Positions 8,243-18,972 of a DNA stretch of 64,000 bases are shown here, in pieces (positions within the stretch are counted from its first letter, which is position 1; each line of letters starts with the position of its first letter). A program made the translations under genes and the position numbers. The notes below the pieces were generated by a model. That model saw nothing but the letters and a program-made list of their open reading frames with translations. It did not search any database and was not told the origin of the DNA. Source of the DNA: an uncultured Acidimicrobiia bacterium (GTDB lineage Bacteria > Acidobacteriota > Terriglobia > Versatilivoradales > Versatilivoraceae); the NCBI GenBank assembly GCA_963786955.1, contig CAWBAT010000006.1, positions 1,059,295-1,123,294 on the forward strand, read 5' to 3'.

Positions 8243-11200
8243 CTAATGACTGACTTCGGGACCCCCGGGAGTTAGACCCTCTGCGCCTGTACCTTCTGTG
8301 GATATTCCGCCCTCAGGCTTCGCGCCTTCGTGCTTTGCCCCGCCGAGTTTTTCAATGACGTAGAATAGAGCAGGGATGATGAAGATAGCGATGGCACTGG
8401 CGGCTGTCATACCGCCAATCACAGCACTGCCCATTACCTGACGGGAGATTGCCCCCGCCCCGGTAGCCCTCCAGAGCGGTACACAGCCCAAGATAAACGC
8501 GAACGAGGTCATCAGTATGGGACGGAGACGGAGTTTGGCCCCTTCCAATGCAGCATCCGCTAGTGGTCTACCCTTCTCGAATTCCGCTTTGGCAAACTCC
8601 ACAATCAAGATGGCGTTTTTGGCGGCAAGTCCAATCAGCATGATGAGGCCGATTTGTGCATAGACGTTATTCTCGAAGGACAAACTTTCGAACCGGCGCC
8701 AATACAGCGTCCCCAACGCGCCAAAAACGGCAACGGGCGTGCTCAACAGCACGCTGAAGGGCAGCGTCCAGCTTTCGTACAACGCCGCCAGGATGAGAAA
8801 AACAAACAAGACGGATAATCCGAAAATGACGGAAGGCGGCACGCCTTGTTGCGCCTTCTGTTCCTGATAGGACATGCCCATATAGTCGAAACCCATTTCT
8901 CGCGGCATGGTCTGGGCAAATACTTCCTCAAGGACCTTCATGGCTTGAGCGGAACTATAGCCGGTGGCGGCGCTGCCATTGATCTGCGCGGCTTGATACA
9001 TGTTGTAATGCATCGTGTACTCAGGACCTAGCCGCGGTTCTAGCGACACGACCGTAGAGAGCGGGACCATTTGACCGGAGGTGTTGCGCACATAAAAGCG
9101 GCCCACATTTTCGGCCTGCGTTCGGAAATCCCCTTCGGCCTGAACGTAAACCTGCCAGGTGCGTCCGAAACGGTTGAAGAAGTTAATAAATGCCCCGCCC
9201 ATGAAGGCCTGCACCGTTTTGTAAACATCGCCGATGTCCAGGCCTTGTTTGAGCACTTTGTCACGATCCACGTTGACATAGAGCTGCGGGACAGCCGGCA
9301 AGGCCACGGTGAAAACGCCGGAGAGCTCAGGTCGCTTGCGCAACTCAGCCAAGAACTTGGTCAGGTTTTGGGCGAGGAATTGAACACCCTGTCCGGACCG
9401 GTCCTCAAGGACGAAAGTAAAGCCTCCCGAGGTCCCCACACCGGGGATCGCGGGTGGCGGAAAGGCGACCGCATTGCCGCCTGCAATTTGCTTCAGCCCA
9501 GTGCTCATGTGGGCTTTGATGGCTGAATACTGCTCTTCGGGGGCCTTGCGTTCGCTCCACTCCTTCAGGGTAACCCAGAAAAAGGAACTGTACGTATTCT
9601 GCACACTGCTCAGCATGTTGTAACCGATCACGCTCGTCACGTGGGCGACACCGGGGGTGTTCCTGAGTGACTTCTTCGACTTGGCTCGCCAAGGCATCGG
9701 TGCGCTGCAAGTGAAGAGGCATCTGGAAGTTGCAAGGCAACGTAGACGTAGCCCTGGTCTTCATCGGGCAGGAAGCTAGTGGGCAGCTTCATACCAAACC
9801 AGCCAGCCAGAGCGGTGAAGCCGAGCAGCAAAATGATCATGATGCCCATTTTGTGAATCAGCGCGCCGCACCAACTCACATAGCCGTCTGTCGCCTTACC
9901 AAAGACGCGGTTAAACCAGCGGAAGAAAGCTCCTAGCGGGCCGCGGGACTCCTTTTTGGGACGAAGCAGCAAGGCGCCAAGTGCTGGGCTGAGAGTGAGT
10001 GCATTGAAGGCCGAAATGACGACGGACACTGCAATGGTTACCGCGAACTGTTGATAGAGGCGCCCTGTGATGCCCGGGAATAAACGCGGTAGGAATGAAT
10101 ACTGCAGACAAGGACGATGGCGATGCCCACCACTGGCGCGGAGACCTCCTCCATGGCTTTAAAGGCCGCATCTTTCGGTGAAAGTCCGTGCTCGATGTGG
10201 TGTTCTATCGCCTCGACCACCACAATAGCATCATCGACGACTAGCCCAATGGCCAACACCAGGCCAAACAGCGAAAGTGTGTTGATCGAGAACCCAAGGA
10301 GCGGAAAAATCATGAATGTGCCGACCAGCGACACAGGCACAGCTAACAGCGGGATCAAGGTTGCTCGCCAGCCTTGCAGGAAGATAAAGACGACGAGGAT
10401 CACGAGGACCAAGCGCTTCAATAGCGTATGCTCAATTTCAACAATGCCCTCTGTGACCGGGAGGGTCGTGTCCAGAGCAATGGCGTACTCAAGGCCCGGC
10501 GGGAAGCGTTCTTTCAACTTCTCCATCAATTTCTTAGCCCCATCGGCCGCCGCGACGGCGTTGGATCCGGGAAGTTGGTAAATCGCTACGATCGCCGCTG
10601 GCTTGCTGTCCAGGCGGCCACGCAGGTTATACACTTGGGAACCGAGATTGACCCGAGCCACATCCTTGAGCCGCACCAGCGAACCATCGGGATTGGCGCG
10701 GACGACGATGGCGCCAAACTGCTCTTCTGTAGAAAGGCGGCCCTGGGCAATGACAGCGTAAGTGTACTGCTGCCCGTCTGGCACCGGTTCACCACCGATA
10801 GTTCCCGCTGGATTCACGGTGTTCTGCATTTTAACGGCGTTGATGATCTCAGGCACAGTAATCTGCAGCTTGGCTAGCTGGTCCGGATCGACCCAAAAAC
10901 GCATCGCGTATTGGCCGGCGCCGAAAACCGATACGCTCGCAATCCCATAGGAGCGGGTAAAGTTATCGACGAGATTGATGTAAGCATAATTGGCCAGGAA
11001 TTGGGCGTCGTACCGACCATCTGGAGCATAGAGGTCGAACAACATCAGAGGGGCAGCTGTGGACTTCTGGACAACGACGCCTTGGGCATTCACTTCAGGC
11101 GGAAGTTGCGAGGCTGCCTGTGACTGGCGCATCTGGGCAAGAATCAGGTCGGTGTTGGGGTCGGTCTTCACATCGAAATCCACCGTCAAGTTCCCCAAGC

Positions 11201-11456
11201 CGCTGTTCTGATTGAGGGAATACATGTAGTTCATGTTGTCCACGCCGCTCATCTTCTGTTCAATCGGCGTGGCCACAGACTGGTCCACCGTTAGGGCATC
11301 GGCACCAGGGTAGGTGGCATTGATCTGGATCTGAGGGTCAGCGATGTTGGGGAATTGGGCAGTGGGTAAGCTGACGATTGCAAGGCCGCCAACGATGACC
11401 ATGACGATGGAAATCACCATGGCAACGATGGGGCGGTTGATGAAGAATTTAGACAT
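8243..11456 (-). CDS. HAE1-family RND efflux permease, split into three ORFs by frameshifts
   Basis: [44 protein letters not shown] and [15 protein letters not shown] across ORFs 10038-11456, 9637-10029 and 8243-9697. Confidence 0.92.
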
Positions 11457-11545
11457 AATCGGTATTAATACAGTCCTACACTAGAATTCCGATTCTCGAT
11501 TACTAATTGACAGCTAGTGAAACGCATTAAATATTGTGGCAGTTT

Positions 11546-11605
11546 CCCCTCACCCCCAGCCCCTCTCCCGCAAGGGGAGAGGGGTGCCGAAGGTGAGGTG
11601 AGGGG
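11546..11605. repeat. CCCTCACCCC...CCTCTCCC/GGGAGAGGG-type palindromic repeat
   Basis: Nested inverted repeats CCCCTCACC...GGTGAGGGG around CCCCTCTCCC...GGGAGAGGGG. Confidence 0.75.
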
Positions 11606-11675
11606 CTAAGTATAAAACAAAGCGACCTTTGAAGTTGTCACTATAAGTAGACATCGATAATACATTCTTGCACTA

Positions 11676-11752
11676 GATTGGCGATTGCCGATTTTCGATT
11701 GAGGATTAGGCGCTAATTTTCAATCGGCATTCGACACTCGGCAATCGAAAAT
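11676..11752. repeat. Heptamer-period inverted repeat (GATTnnC x4 / CAATCGn x4)
   Basis: GATTGGC GATTGCC GATTTTC GATTGA ... CAATCGG CATTCGA CACTCGG CAATCGA AAAT. Confidence 0.7.
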
Positions 11753-11758
11753 ATGTAT

Positions 11759-13087
11759 TTACTGGTTCTTCCCTGCCGGGTTCTCCTGGAAAGGCTTCGG
11801 ATTCACCTGCACACCTTCTCTCACCTTTTGCATCCCTTCAGCAACGATACGCTCGCCTGGCTTAAGGCCTTCCTCGATGACCCACAATGTTCCATATCGC
11901 GAGCCTACTTTGACAGGCCGGAGGCTGACTTTGTTGTCATTGCCCAAGACGGCCACCAGGTAACGGCCTTGTAATTCACTGACCGCTCTTTGGGGTATTA
12001 GCAACGCCCCCTTCTGAATCCTTGCAATGGTACTGATCTTGCCAAAACCACCTGGACGAAGAACATTATTAGGATTAGGGAATACCGTTTGAAACAGGAT
12101 GGCGCCCGTCCTCAAGTCAACTTCGCGGTTGACGGCAAAAAAGTGGCCTGTTTGTGGGAACACAGAACCGTTGGCAAGCTGCAATTGAAACTCCAGTTTG
12201 CGTAAGGCTTCATCTTGACTGGTGTGGGCAATTTCTTGGGCGTATTTGAAAGCGTTGAGGTATTCCTGCTCACTAGCCATGAAGTTCACCTTGATGGGAT
12301 CCACCGTGGAAACCGTCGTTAGGGCGCCACTTTGCGGGCCGACGAGGTCACCCACCTGGGCTGTCGAGATCGCGGCCACACCATCGACCGGCGAGAGAAT
12401 AGAGGTGAAGCCGAGATTCAACTGAGCGGTATCGACCGCGGCGTTCGCTGCCATAATGTTGGCTTTGGCGGCTTCGATGGCTGCCTTGTCCGCCTCAACC
12501 TGCGCTTTGGCAGCGAGGTCGGCTTGGATGGCATCATCCAATTCTTGCTGGCTAATCGCGCTCTCCTTGGCCAACGGTGTATAGCGGGCGACATCTAATT
12601 CAGTCTTGCCTAGTCTTGCCAGTCCGACTTGGAGATTGCCATTAGCTTGATCCAGATTTCCCTTGGCCTGATTGACATTTGCCTTAGCTTGATCGAGGGC
12701 GGCCTGAAACGGTCTGGGATCGATCTGAAAAAGCGGGGCGCCTTTCCGGACAAAAGCACCATTGGTATAAATCTGTTTGAGTAGATAGCCGGAGACTTGG
12801 GCCCGAATCTGAGCGTTGACGAAACCATCCAGGGTTGCCACCCACTCTTTCGTGATCGGCACATCCTTCTGCACGACCTCGATGACTTCGACATCCGGAG
12901 GAGGAGGGGCTACGACCTCTTTCTTCTCGCACCCTGTCGAAAGCAAGACCGTGAATGCCACGACGCCACATACAAAAAACTGCCGCTTCTCCCCACGGAG
13001 CGGGACTGGAGCAGAGGACGAGTTCGTTTTTGATCCAAAAAGCTGCTGTGCTCGAAACATAGGCGACTCAACCTCTCTTTCGTTCAA
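11759..13087 (-). CDS. RND efflux periplasmic adaptor (MFP) lipoprotein
   Basis: Lipobox LSTGC, IRAQVSGYL, LFQIDPRPF, an extended coiled-coil hairpin, LRPGGF and GLKPGERIV. Start uncertain (13087 or ATG 13060). Confidence 0.93.
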   Translation of the reverse strand: MNEREVESPMFRAQQLFGSKTNSSSAPVPLRGEKRQFFVCGVVAFTVLLSTGCEKKEVVAPPPPDVEVIEVVQKDVPITKEWVATLDGFVNAQIRAQVSGYLLKQIYTNGAFVRKGAPLFQIDPRPFQAALDQAKANVNQAKGNLDQANGNLQVGLARLGKTELDVARYTPLAKESAISQQELDDAIQADLAAKAQVEADKAAIEAAKANIMAANAAVDTAQLNLGFTSILSPVDGVAAISTAQVGDLVGPQSGALTTVSTVDPIKVNFMASEQEYLNAFKYAQEIAHTSQDEALRKLEFQLQLANGSVFPQTGHFFAVNREVDLRTGAILFQTVFPNPNNVLRPGGFGKISTIARIQKGALLIPQRAVSELQGRYLVAVLGNDNKVSLRPVKVGSRYGTLWVIEEGLKPGERIVAEGMQKVREGVQVNPKPFQENPAGKNQ

Positions 13088-13143
13088 GTCGATAGAACTG
13101 CGGCCCGACGCCTCAATCTAGTTGTTTGGGAAATCCCTATTCA

Positions 13144-13182
13144 GTTTCCCCAACGGGAGAAAATGTTTCCACGGGGAGAAAC
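13144..13182. promoter_or_regulatory. Candidate tandem operator upstream of the efflux operon
   Basis: Two adjacent imperfect palindromes, GTTTCCCCAACGGGAGAAA and GTTTCCACGGGGAGAAAC. Confidence 0.35.
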
Positions 13183-13436
13183 GTATGCTTCCACTGATAG
13201 TGATTTACGGGCCTGAGGGCTCTTTTCGGCATGCTCACCCGCGCATTTCGGTGACAGTGCCTAAGCGAGACAGCCCATCACCACCAAGAGGATAATTATT
13301 TATCCTGGGGCTGGCAAGGTAAAGTTTCCTCATTTTCTGACTTGCATCTCGTAAAGCCCCTGGGTGGCGATTCGGGCGAAGCAGACCGCTAGTTGCGAGC
13401 AGCGAGCGAAATCTGCGAGGAGGATCAGTCGGTGAA

Positions 13437-13844
13437 TTATTCTTGAAGCAATGTCTCGCGAACTGCCTTGAGTTCCTTCAACTTCTCTTTGCTAACCTCG
13501 GGGTATTTCAGTTCCAGTGAAGCCAGCGTGTCAATGATTGCCCCGGCCACCACCACGCGCGTGAACCACACATCACGTGTCGGACGGCGCCGTCCTTGCC
13601 GGCTGCATCCATGGCTTGAAAGATGAGCAACGGCCCAGCTGTCTTGCGCATAGAGTCGTCCTTGCAGTTCTGAGAGCGCTTCCACGCCCATCGCCAGGGC
13701 TTCTTTGGCGCGAGGTTTATCCTCGGCTGTGAAATCACTGGTGTCAGCAGGATCGACATCTTTAAGACGAAACCCTTTGCCTTCATTTACCCGGTAGGGT
13801 CGTGAGAATTTACGGGCCTTTTCGAACTGTTCTTCCATTTTCAT
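13437..13844 (-). pseudogene. ppk2: Polyphosphate kinase 2 (class III-like) with a large internal deletion
   Basis: The N-terminus (GKGFRLKDVDPADT...LYAQD...IFQAMDAAGKDGAVRHVM) is fused directly to the C-terminus (WFTRVVVAGAIIDTL...YP). Only about 135 codons remain. Confidence 0.85.
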
Positions 13845-13905
13845 AAGTATTTCTACCTCTTTTTATTTTCCGATCGCTTCCTAGTTCGAAGGCGGTGCTT
13901 AAGGA

Positions 13906-14015
13906 TACCCCGGAGGGGTAATGGAGGATAGCCTGGGGCAAAGTGTAGTGAAGCGACGCCCCAGGCCTGCTTTCCTATCCCAAAATTCTCAATCGCCCCG
14001 GCAGGGGCGGAGGGC
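13906..14015. repeat. Left hairpin arm of the tnpA locus (inverted copy of 14469-14576)
   Basis: TACCCCGGAGGGG...GCCTGGGGCAAAG...GACGCCCCAGG and CGCCCCGGCAGGGGCGG are reverse complements of the right-arm motifs. Confidence 0.85.
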
Positions 14016-14016
14016 A

Positions 14017-14463
14017 TTACCATAAATAACGCGCATCATACTCAATCCCGCTTCTGTTCAAAAACTCCACGTATTCCTCCTGAAAGGTTTTCTTACGGTG
14101 ATGCGCTTTCTGTTCTCGAATATATTTCCGAACTGCCTCGATCAGGGACGGACTAACGGTAAACCCACCGTACCCAGTCTGCCATGCAAACTTGCTGGAG
14201 CCGATCTCGTCATGAACCCATTTAGACGATGCGCCTTTAATATCCTCTAACACATTGGCCAAGCAATGCGTGGGCCGAAGACCGATTAGAAGGTGCACAT
14301 GGTCAGCCGTGCCATTGATCTCAACTGGCACCCCTCCAGCACGACGGACCAATCCGCCCAGGTATGCGTGCAAGCGGTGTTGCCACTCTTTGGCGATCAA
14401 TGGATAACGATTCTTGGTGCTAAAAATCAAATGGAAATGCAAACTGGAATGTGTCGAGGGCAT
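14017..14463 (-). CDS. tnpA: IS200/IS605-superfamily Y1 HUH transposase, stand-alone (REP-associated type)
   Basis: HLIFSTKNR, HUH motif DHVHLL, WQTGYGGFTVS and catalytic helix YIREQ. 148 aa from ATG 14463. No tnpB. Confidence 0.9.
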   Translation of the reverse strand: MPSTHSSLHFHLIFSTKNRYPLIAKEWQHRLHAYLGGLVRRAGGVPVEINGTADHVHLLIGLRPTHCLANVLEDIKGASSKWVHDEIGSSKFAWQTGYGGFTVSPSLIEAVRKYIREQKAHHRKKTFQEEYVEFLNRSGIEYDARYLW

Positions 14464-14520
14464 GGATCGCTCCTTCACCCCTGCCGGGGCGGCACGTAAA
14501 AATACGCAACGAATAACCAA

Positions 14521-15030
14521 CCTGGGGCGTCACTTCGCTTTGCCCCAGGCTACCATCCAATGCCCCCTCCGGGGTAATTCACAAAAATAACGAACAAAAG
14601 GGGCGCCGCTTCGCTTTGCCCAGGCTACCATCCAATGCCCCCTCCGGGGTAATTCACAAAAATAACGAACAAAAGGGGCGCCGCTTCGCTTTGCCCCAGG
14701 CTACCATCCAATGCCCCCTCCGGGGTAATTCACAAAAATAACGAACAAAAGGGGCGCCGCTTCGCTTTGCCCCAGGCTACCATCCAATGCCCCCTCCGGG
14801 GTAATTCACAAAAATAACGAACAAAAGGGGCGCCGCTTCGCTTTGCCCCAGGCTACCATCCAATGCCCCCTCCGGGGTAATTCACAAAAATAACGAACAA
14901 AAGGGGCGCCGCTTCGCTTTGCCCCAGGCTACCATCCAATGCCCCCTCCGGGGTAATTCACAAAAATAACGAACAAAAGGGGCGTCGCTTCGCTTTGCCC
15001 CAGGCTAATCTCCGACGCCCCTTCAGGGCA
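14521..15030. repeat. Tandem array of a 76-bp unit (six full units plus a divergent seventh partial unit)
   Basis: CAGGCTA recurs at 14546, 14621, 14697, 14773, 14849, 14925 and 15001. Unit GGGGCGCCGCTTCGCTTTGCCCCAGGCTACCATCCAATGCCCCCTCCGGGGTAATTCACAAAAATAACGAACAAAA. Confidence 0.95.
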
Positions 15031-15289
15031 GATAGTGGCCACAAAACTACAGCCCATTAATTGCCAACAGACTCGGATGTTTCCCAATTGACGGAAGATC
15101 ACGGTGCATAGAACAGTGCAGAGTGTAGGAATAACGAGGAGAGCCAATATTAGAAAGAAACTGACCACAGATAGTCGGGAGCCGAGGCCGATCCTGAGCT
15201 GCAATGCTTGCTCCCACGATGCCACCGGGCTGATCATGTCGGCCGCATTCGCGCCCCCCCACCTAAAATCAGAATGCGCTTCTTTGCGG

Positions 15290-15961
15290 CTAAGGCCCAG
15301 CCTTTCCAGAAACCTCTTTCTCCCAGAGGAGAATCCCTCCCAATAACGCATTGGCGTTTTCGCCTGCCCGGCAGCCAGGGGGCAGCTTTTTCAGTTTTTT
15401 AACGTTCCCCCCTCCCAGCACAACCTCATCAGGTTCAAGTGCAGCCGTCAATCGGGCCACTACATCTTCCACGTCTTTCCGCCATTTTTTCTTTCCCCTT
15501 TTCTCTAATCCGCGCAGCCCCACATAGTCCTCATAAGTCCCCTTCTTGTAAGGAAAATGTCCTAATTCCATGGGCTCCAGAATGCCATCGACAATCAGAG
15601 CGGATCCGAGGCCGGTTCCCAGCCCCAGGAAACGCATTACTCCGCTCTTATAACTCCCCAGTGCTTGCATGGAGGCATCATTGACAAGCTTGACTGGACA
15701 ACCAAATGCCTTTCCAAAATCAAAACCGACCCACCCATTTCCAAGATTGTAGGGGTCCAAAAATGGCCGCCCCCGCAGAACCGGCCCCGGGTAGCCAATC
15801 GACACGACGTCATATTTCCACTCCTTGGCAAGCTCTTTGACTCCGGAGACCATTCCTTCGGCCGTCATCTCTGGCCCGGAGGGAAACTTTCGAATTTCGG
15901 TTTGGCCCGTGGCAAGAATCTTGACGTTGGTCCCACCCACATCTACAACCAGAATCTTCAT
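15290..15961 (-). CDS. ppgK: ROK-family polyphosphate glucokinase-like sugar kinase
   Basis: VDVGGTNVK, IGYPGPV, NDASMQALG, LGLGTGLGSAL, ELGH and VVLGGGN. Confidence 0.8.
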   Translation of the reverse strand: MKILVVDVGGTNVKILATGQTEIRKFPSGPEMTAEGMVSGVKELAKEWKYDVVSIGYPGPVLRGRPFLDPYNLGNGWVGFDFGKAFGCPVKLVNDASMQALGSYKSGVMRFLGLGTGLGSALIVDGILEPMELGHFPYKKGTYEDYVGLRGLEKRGKKKWRKDVEDVVARLTAALEPDEVVLGGGNVKKLKKLPPGCRAGENANALLGGILLWEKEVSGKAGP

Positions 15962-16013
15962 GATAAACCCCTATTGTAAGGATTGTGGTTTGCCAATTGC
16001 TATGTCTTAAGGT

Positions 16014-18692
16014 CTATTCGCCTCTTGAGGCGTTTTCGCCTGTGTTGATCAAGATCTCGGCGATCAGACCCGTCCAGCCGGTTTGATGGCTGGCGCCGCA
16101 ACCACGGCCGGTATCGCCGTGAAAATACTCGTGGAAGGGGATTAAATCGCGCCAATGCGGATCCTTATTAAAAAGCTGGCAAGAACCAAAGACTGGACGA
16201 TTGCCTTCCTTGTCACGCAGAAAAATGCTTGCCAGCCGCTGTGCCAGTTCGTTGGCTACCCCGTCCAGAGTTTTCATCTTACCCGAACCCGTCGGGCATT
16301 CGACCTGGAACTGTTCGCCATAATAGAGATAATCTTGTCGTAATGAGGAAAGGATAAGGTAATTGACCGGGATCCAGATTGGCCCGCGCCAATTGGAATT
16401 TCCGCCGAAGAGACTGTTCGTCGATTCACCCGGCTCATAGTCCAGTCGATACTCTTGGCCTCCCAAGTTGAAGACCAACGGATGATCCTGGTGATAACGA
16501 GAGACGGATCGGATACCATAGGGAGATAAGAACTCATTCTCATCCAGCATATATCCCAACATACGCCGCAACTGAACCGGTCGCACAAGGCCCAACAACA
16601 AGTTGTTGTTGGGCCCGGGAACAACCATCGGCCCGACGCTCTCAACCAGATCCGGACGATGTTGGATGAACCACTGCCGACGGCGCTGGAAATCGGGGTA
16701 ATGATCAAAAGTATCCGCAGGCACGGTTGATGCCCCGAAGATGGGAACAAAGCCCACCATGGTGCGAGCCCGGACGGGGAATCGCTCATTTCCCTCCGAA
16801 AAAACAAAGTCGTAAAAGAAGCCGTCTTCTTCGTCCCAGAGGGACTTCCGCGAATCGTGCTGGCTGTTAACAGCGTTGGAAATGTAGATGTAATGCTCCC
16901 AGAATTTGCTGGCAAGATCCTCGTAAGCAGGATTCTGCCGGGCTAGGAGTAAGGCCGTCGACAACATGCTCTTGGCGAAGGCCGCCATCCAGCTTGTCCC
17001 ATCGGCCTGCCCCAGCAAATAACCGGGCGGGAGTTTATCGCGATCGAAGGCGCCGATGTTGTCCATCCCCAGGAAGCCTCCCTGGAAGATGTTCTTTCCG
17101 AGAGGGTCTTTGCGGTTGACCCACCAGGTGAAGTTCAGGAGCATCTTCTGAAACACTCGCTCGACAAAAGCATGATCGGCCACGCCAGTCCGCAGGCGCT
17201 CCGTTTCAAACACAGACATTGCCGCCAATGAAAGAATGGGTGGATTGACCGCATTGAAGTCCCACTCGTAAGCTGGAATCTGCCCGTTGGGATGCATCGT
17301 CCATTCGCGGAGCATTAAGATGATCTGTTCTTTGGCAAATTGCGGATCGACATGCGCCAGGGCAATACAATGGAAGCCCAGGTCCCAAGACGCGAACCAC
17401 GGAAATTCCCATTTGTCCGGCATCGAGATCACATCGCGAGTAAAGAGGTGTGTCCAATCGTGATTGCGCCCTTCCCAGCGTTGGGGAGGAGGGATGGGTT
17501 CAGAAGGGTCACCCTCCAACCAGTCGGTCACGACATAGTGGTAATATTGTTTAGACCATAACAGCCCGGCGAAGGCTTGGCGCGCCACCAGTTTGGCATC
17601 CGCCGAAAGGCGTTCCGGTAATACAACATTATAGAATTCGTCTGCCTCCTCGAGGCGCACCTGCAAAATCGCGTCGAAATCGGCAAAGGGGGTCTCGCGT
17701 GGAGGCCGATCCATCAAGGAAAACAGTCGTAAGTCGTAAGTGACCGTTTCTCCGGCATTGACGGTGCGGAAGTAATGTGCGGCAGCTTTTGTGCCAATGG
17801 CAGACGGGTTGACCACATCGCGCCTTCTCTTGACAATATAGTCATGAAACGCGTCTTTGACATAGGGCGTTGGCGGGGGGACTCGATACAAACGCTCTGT
17901 ATTGGTCTCGTTCTCGGTGAATAGCAATTCATCGGCGCCGTCACAATACAGAACATATTCGCCCAACCGCCAATGCTTGGCTATCAGGGCGTTTGGCCTT
18001 TTGCGTCCGATTGCCAGCGCGGTAATCGAGGGACGGCGGGGATCACGACCCCAGCTCCAAGTATTGCGAAACCAAAGGGTCGGCAGCAGATGAATCGGCG
18101 CTGCCTTCGGCCCGCGATTGATGATATGAACGCGAATCAATAGGTCTTCAGGCTCAGCCTTGGCGTATTCCACCACGACATCGAAGTAGCGACTCTGCTC
18201 GAAAACTCCCGTGTCGACCAGCTCGTACTCCATTTGAGACTTGTTGCGGAGCTGGTTCTCTTCGAGCAGTTGAGCGTAAGGAAACTCGGCCTGAGGATAT
18301 TTGTAGAGATACTCCATGTAAGAGTGCGTTGGCGTGTTATCGAGGTAAAAGTAGTACTCCTTGACGTCCTCACCGTGGTTGCCTTCATTACCCGTCAAAC
18401 CAAACAATCGCTCTTTAAGAATCGGATCGCTTCCATTCCAGAGGGCCAAAGCGAAACAAAGATACTGGTGCCGGTCACAGATGCCGCCGAGACCATCCTC
18501 ATTCCAACGATAAGCTCGCGAGCGGGCATGATCATGCGGGAGATAATTCCAGGCATCCCCGTCGGCACTGTAATCCTCGCGCACCGTACCCCACGCGCGC
18601 TCCGAAAGAAATGGCCCCCACCGATTCCAGTGACCTTTCTGCTGCCGGTTCAGCAGCAGACGAATCCCTTCACGTGTATCGTAGATGTTCAT
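16014..18692 (-). CDS. MGH1/GH63-like (alpha/alpha)6 glycoside hydrolase, paralog 1
   Basis: [40 protein letters not shown] and [20 protein letters not shown]. Confidence 0.88.
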   Translation of the reverse strand: MNIYDTREGIRLLLNRQQKGHWNRWGPFLSERAWGTVREDYSADGDAWNYLPHDHARSRAYRWNEDGLGGICDRHQYLCFALALWNGSDPILKERLFGLTGNEGNHGEDVKEYYFYLDNTPTHSYMEYLYKYPQAEFPYAQLLEENQLRNKSQMEYELVDTGVFEQSRYFDVVVEYAKAEPEDLLIRVHIINRGPKAAPIHLLPTLWFRNTWSWGRDPRRPSITALAIGRKRPNALIAKHWRLGEYVLYCDGADELLFTENETNTERLYRVPPPTPYVKDAFHDYIVKRRRDVVNPSAIGTKAAAHYFRTVNAGETVTYDLRLFSLMDRPPRETPFADFDAILQVRLEEADEFYNVVLPERLSADAKLVARQAFAGLLWSKQYYHYVVTDWLEGDPSEPIPPPQRWEGRNHDWTHLFTRDVISMPDKWEFPWFASWDLGFHCIALAHVDPQFAKEQIILMLREWTMHPNGQIPAYEWDFNAVNPPILSLAAMSVFETERLRTGVADHAFVERVFQKMLLNFTWWVNRKDPLGKNIFQGGFLGMDNIGAFDRDKLPPGYLLGQADGTSWMAAFAKSMLSTALLLARQNPAYEDLASKFWEHYIYISNAVNSQHDSRKSLWDEEDGFFYDFVFSEGNERFPVRARTMVGFVPIFGASTVPADTFDHYPDFQRRRQWFIQHRPDLVESVGPMVVPGPNNNLLLGLVRPVQLRRMLGYMLDENEFLSPYGIRSVSRYHQDHPLVFNLGGQEYRLDYEPGESTNSLFGGNSNWRGPIWIPVNYLILSSLRQDYLYYGEQFQVECPTGSGKMKTLDGVANELAQRLASIFLRDKEGNRPVFGSCQLFNKDPHWRDLIPFHEYFHGDTGRGCGASHQTGWTGLIAEILINTGENASRGE

Positions 18693-18774
18693 TTACAGGT
18701 ATCGAATGCAAACGCGAAAAATAATGTGACAAATCCCGAACGGCCCCCCCAAAAAATTGAGAGCTCCGTAGGGA

Positions 18775-18940
18775 TCGGACGCTGTTCCGTTCCTTGTAGA
18801 GCGGCAAACCAATTGAATTTCGCACTCCTTGGCAACGGGGAACGCTACGGCGAGCGTTCCCTACAAACAGATCGACGATTCTTTCACGCCTTCCCTTGTG
18901 AAGGGGGGACCTCAGGGGGAGAAGAATTACCGGCCTACAA
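18775..18940. repeat. Composite REP/MITE cluster
   Basis: A GTAGGG...CCCTAC hairpin pair, the terminus ATTCTTTCACGCCTTC, the half hairpin AAGGGGGGACCTCAGGGGG and CGGCCTACA. Confidence 0.65.
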
Positions 18941-18972
18941 CATATATTTAATGCGTCTACACTTAATAAATT

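Noticed and set aside
14521-15030. CRISPR or other guide array
   Set aside because: The units are identical along their whole length, with no variable spacers, and there are no cas genes in the window.
13850-15290. IS605-type tnpB or IscB with guide RNA
   Set aside because: There is no RuvC-type ORF next to tnpA.
14929-15351. 140-aa minus-strand ORF with a hydrophobic stretch
   Set aside because: It overlaps ppgK and runs into the repeat array, with no recognisable family. A small remnant cannot be excluded.
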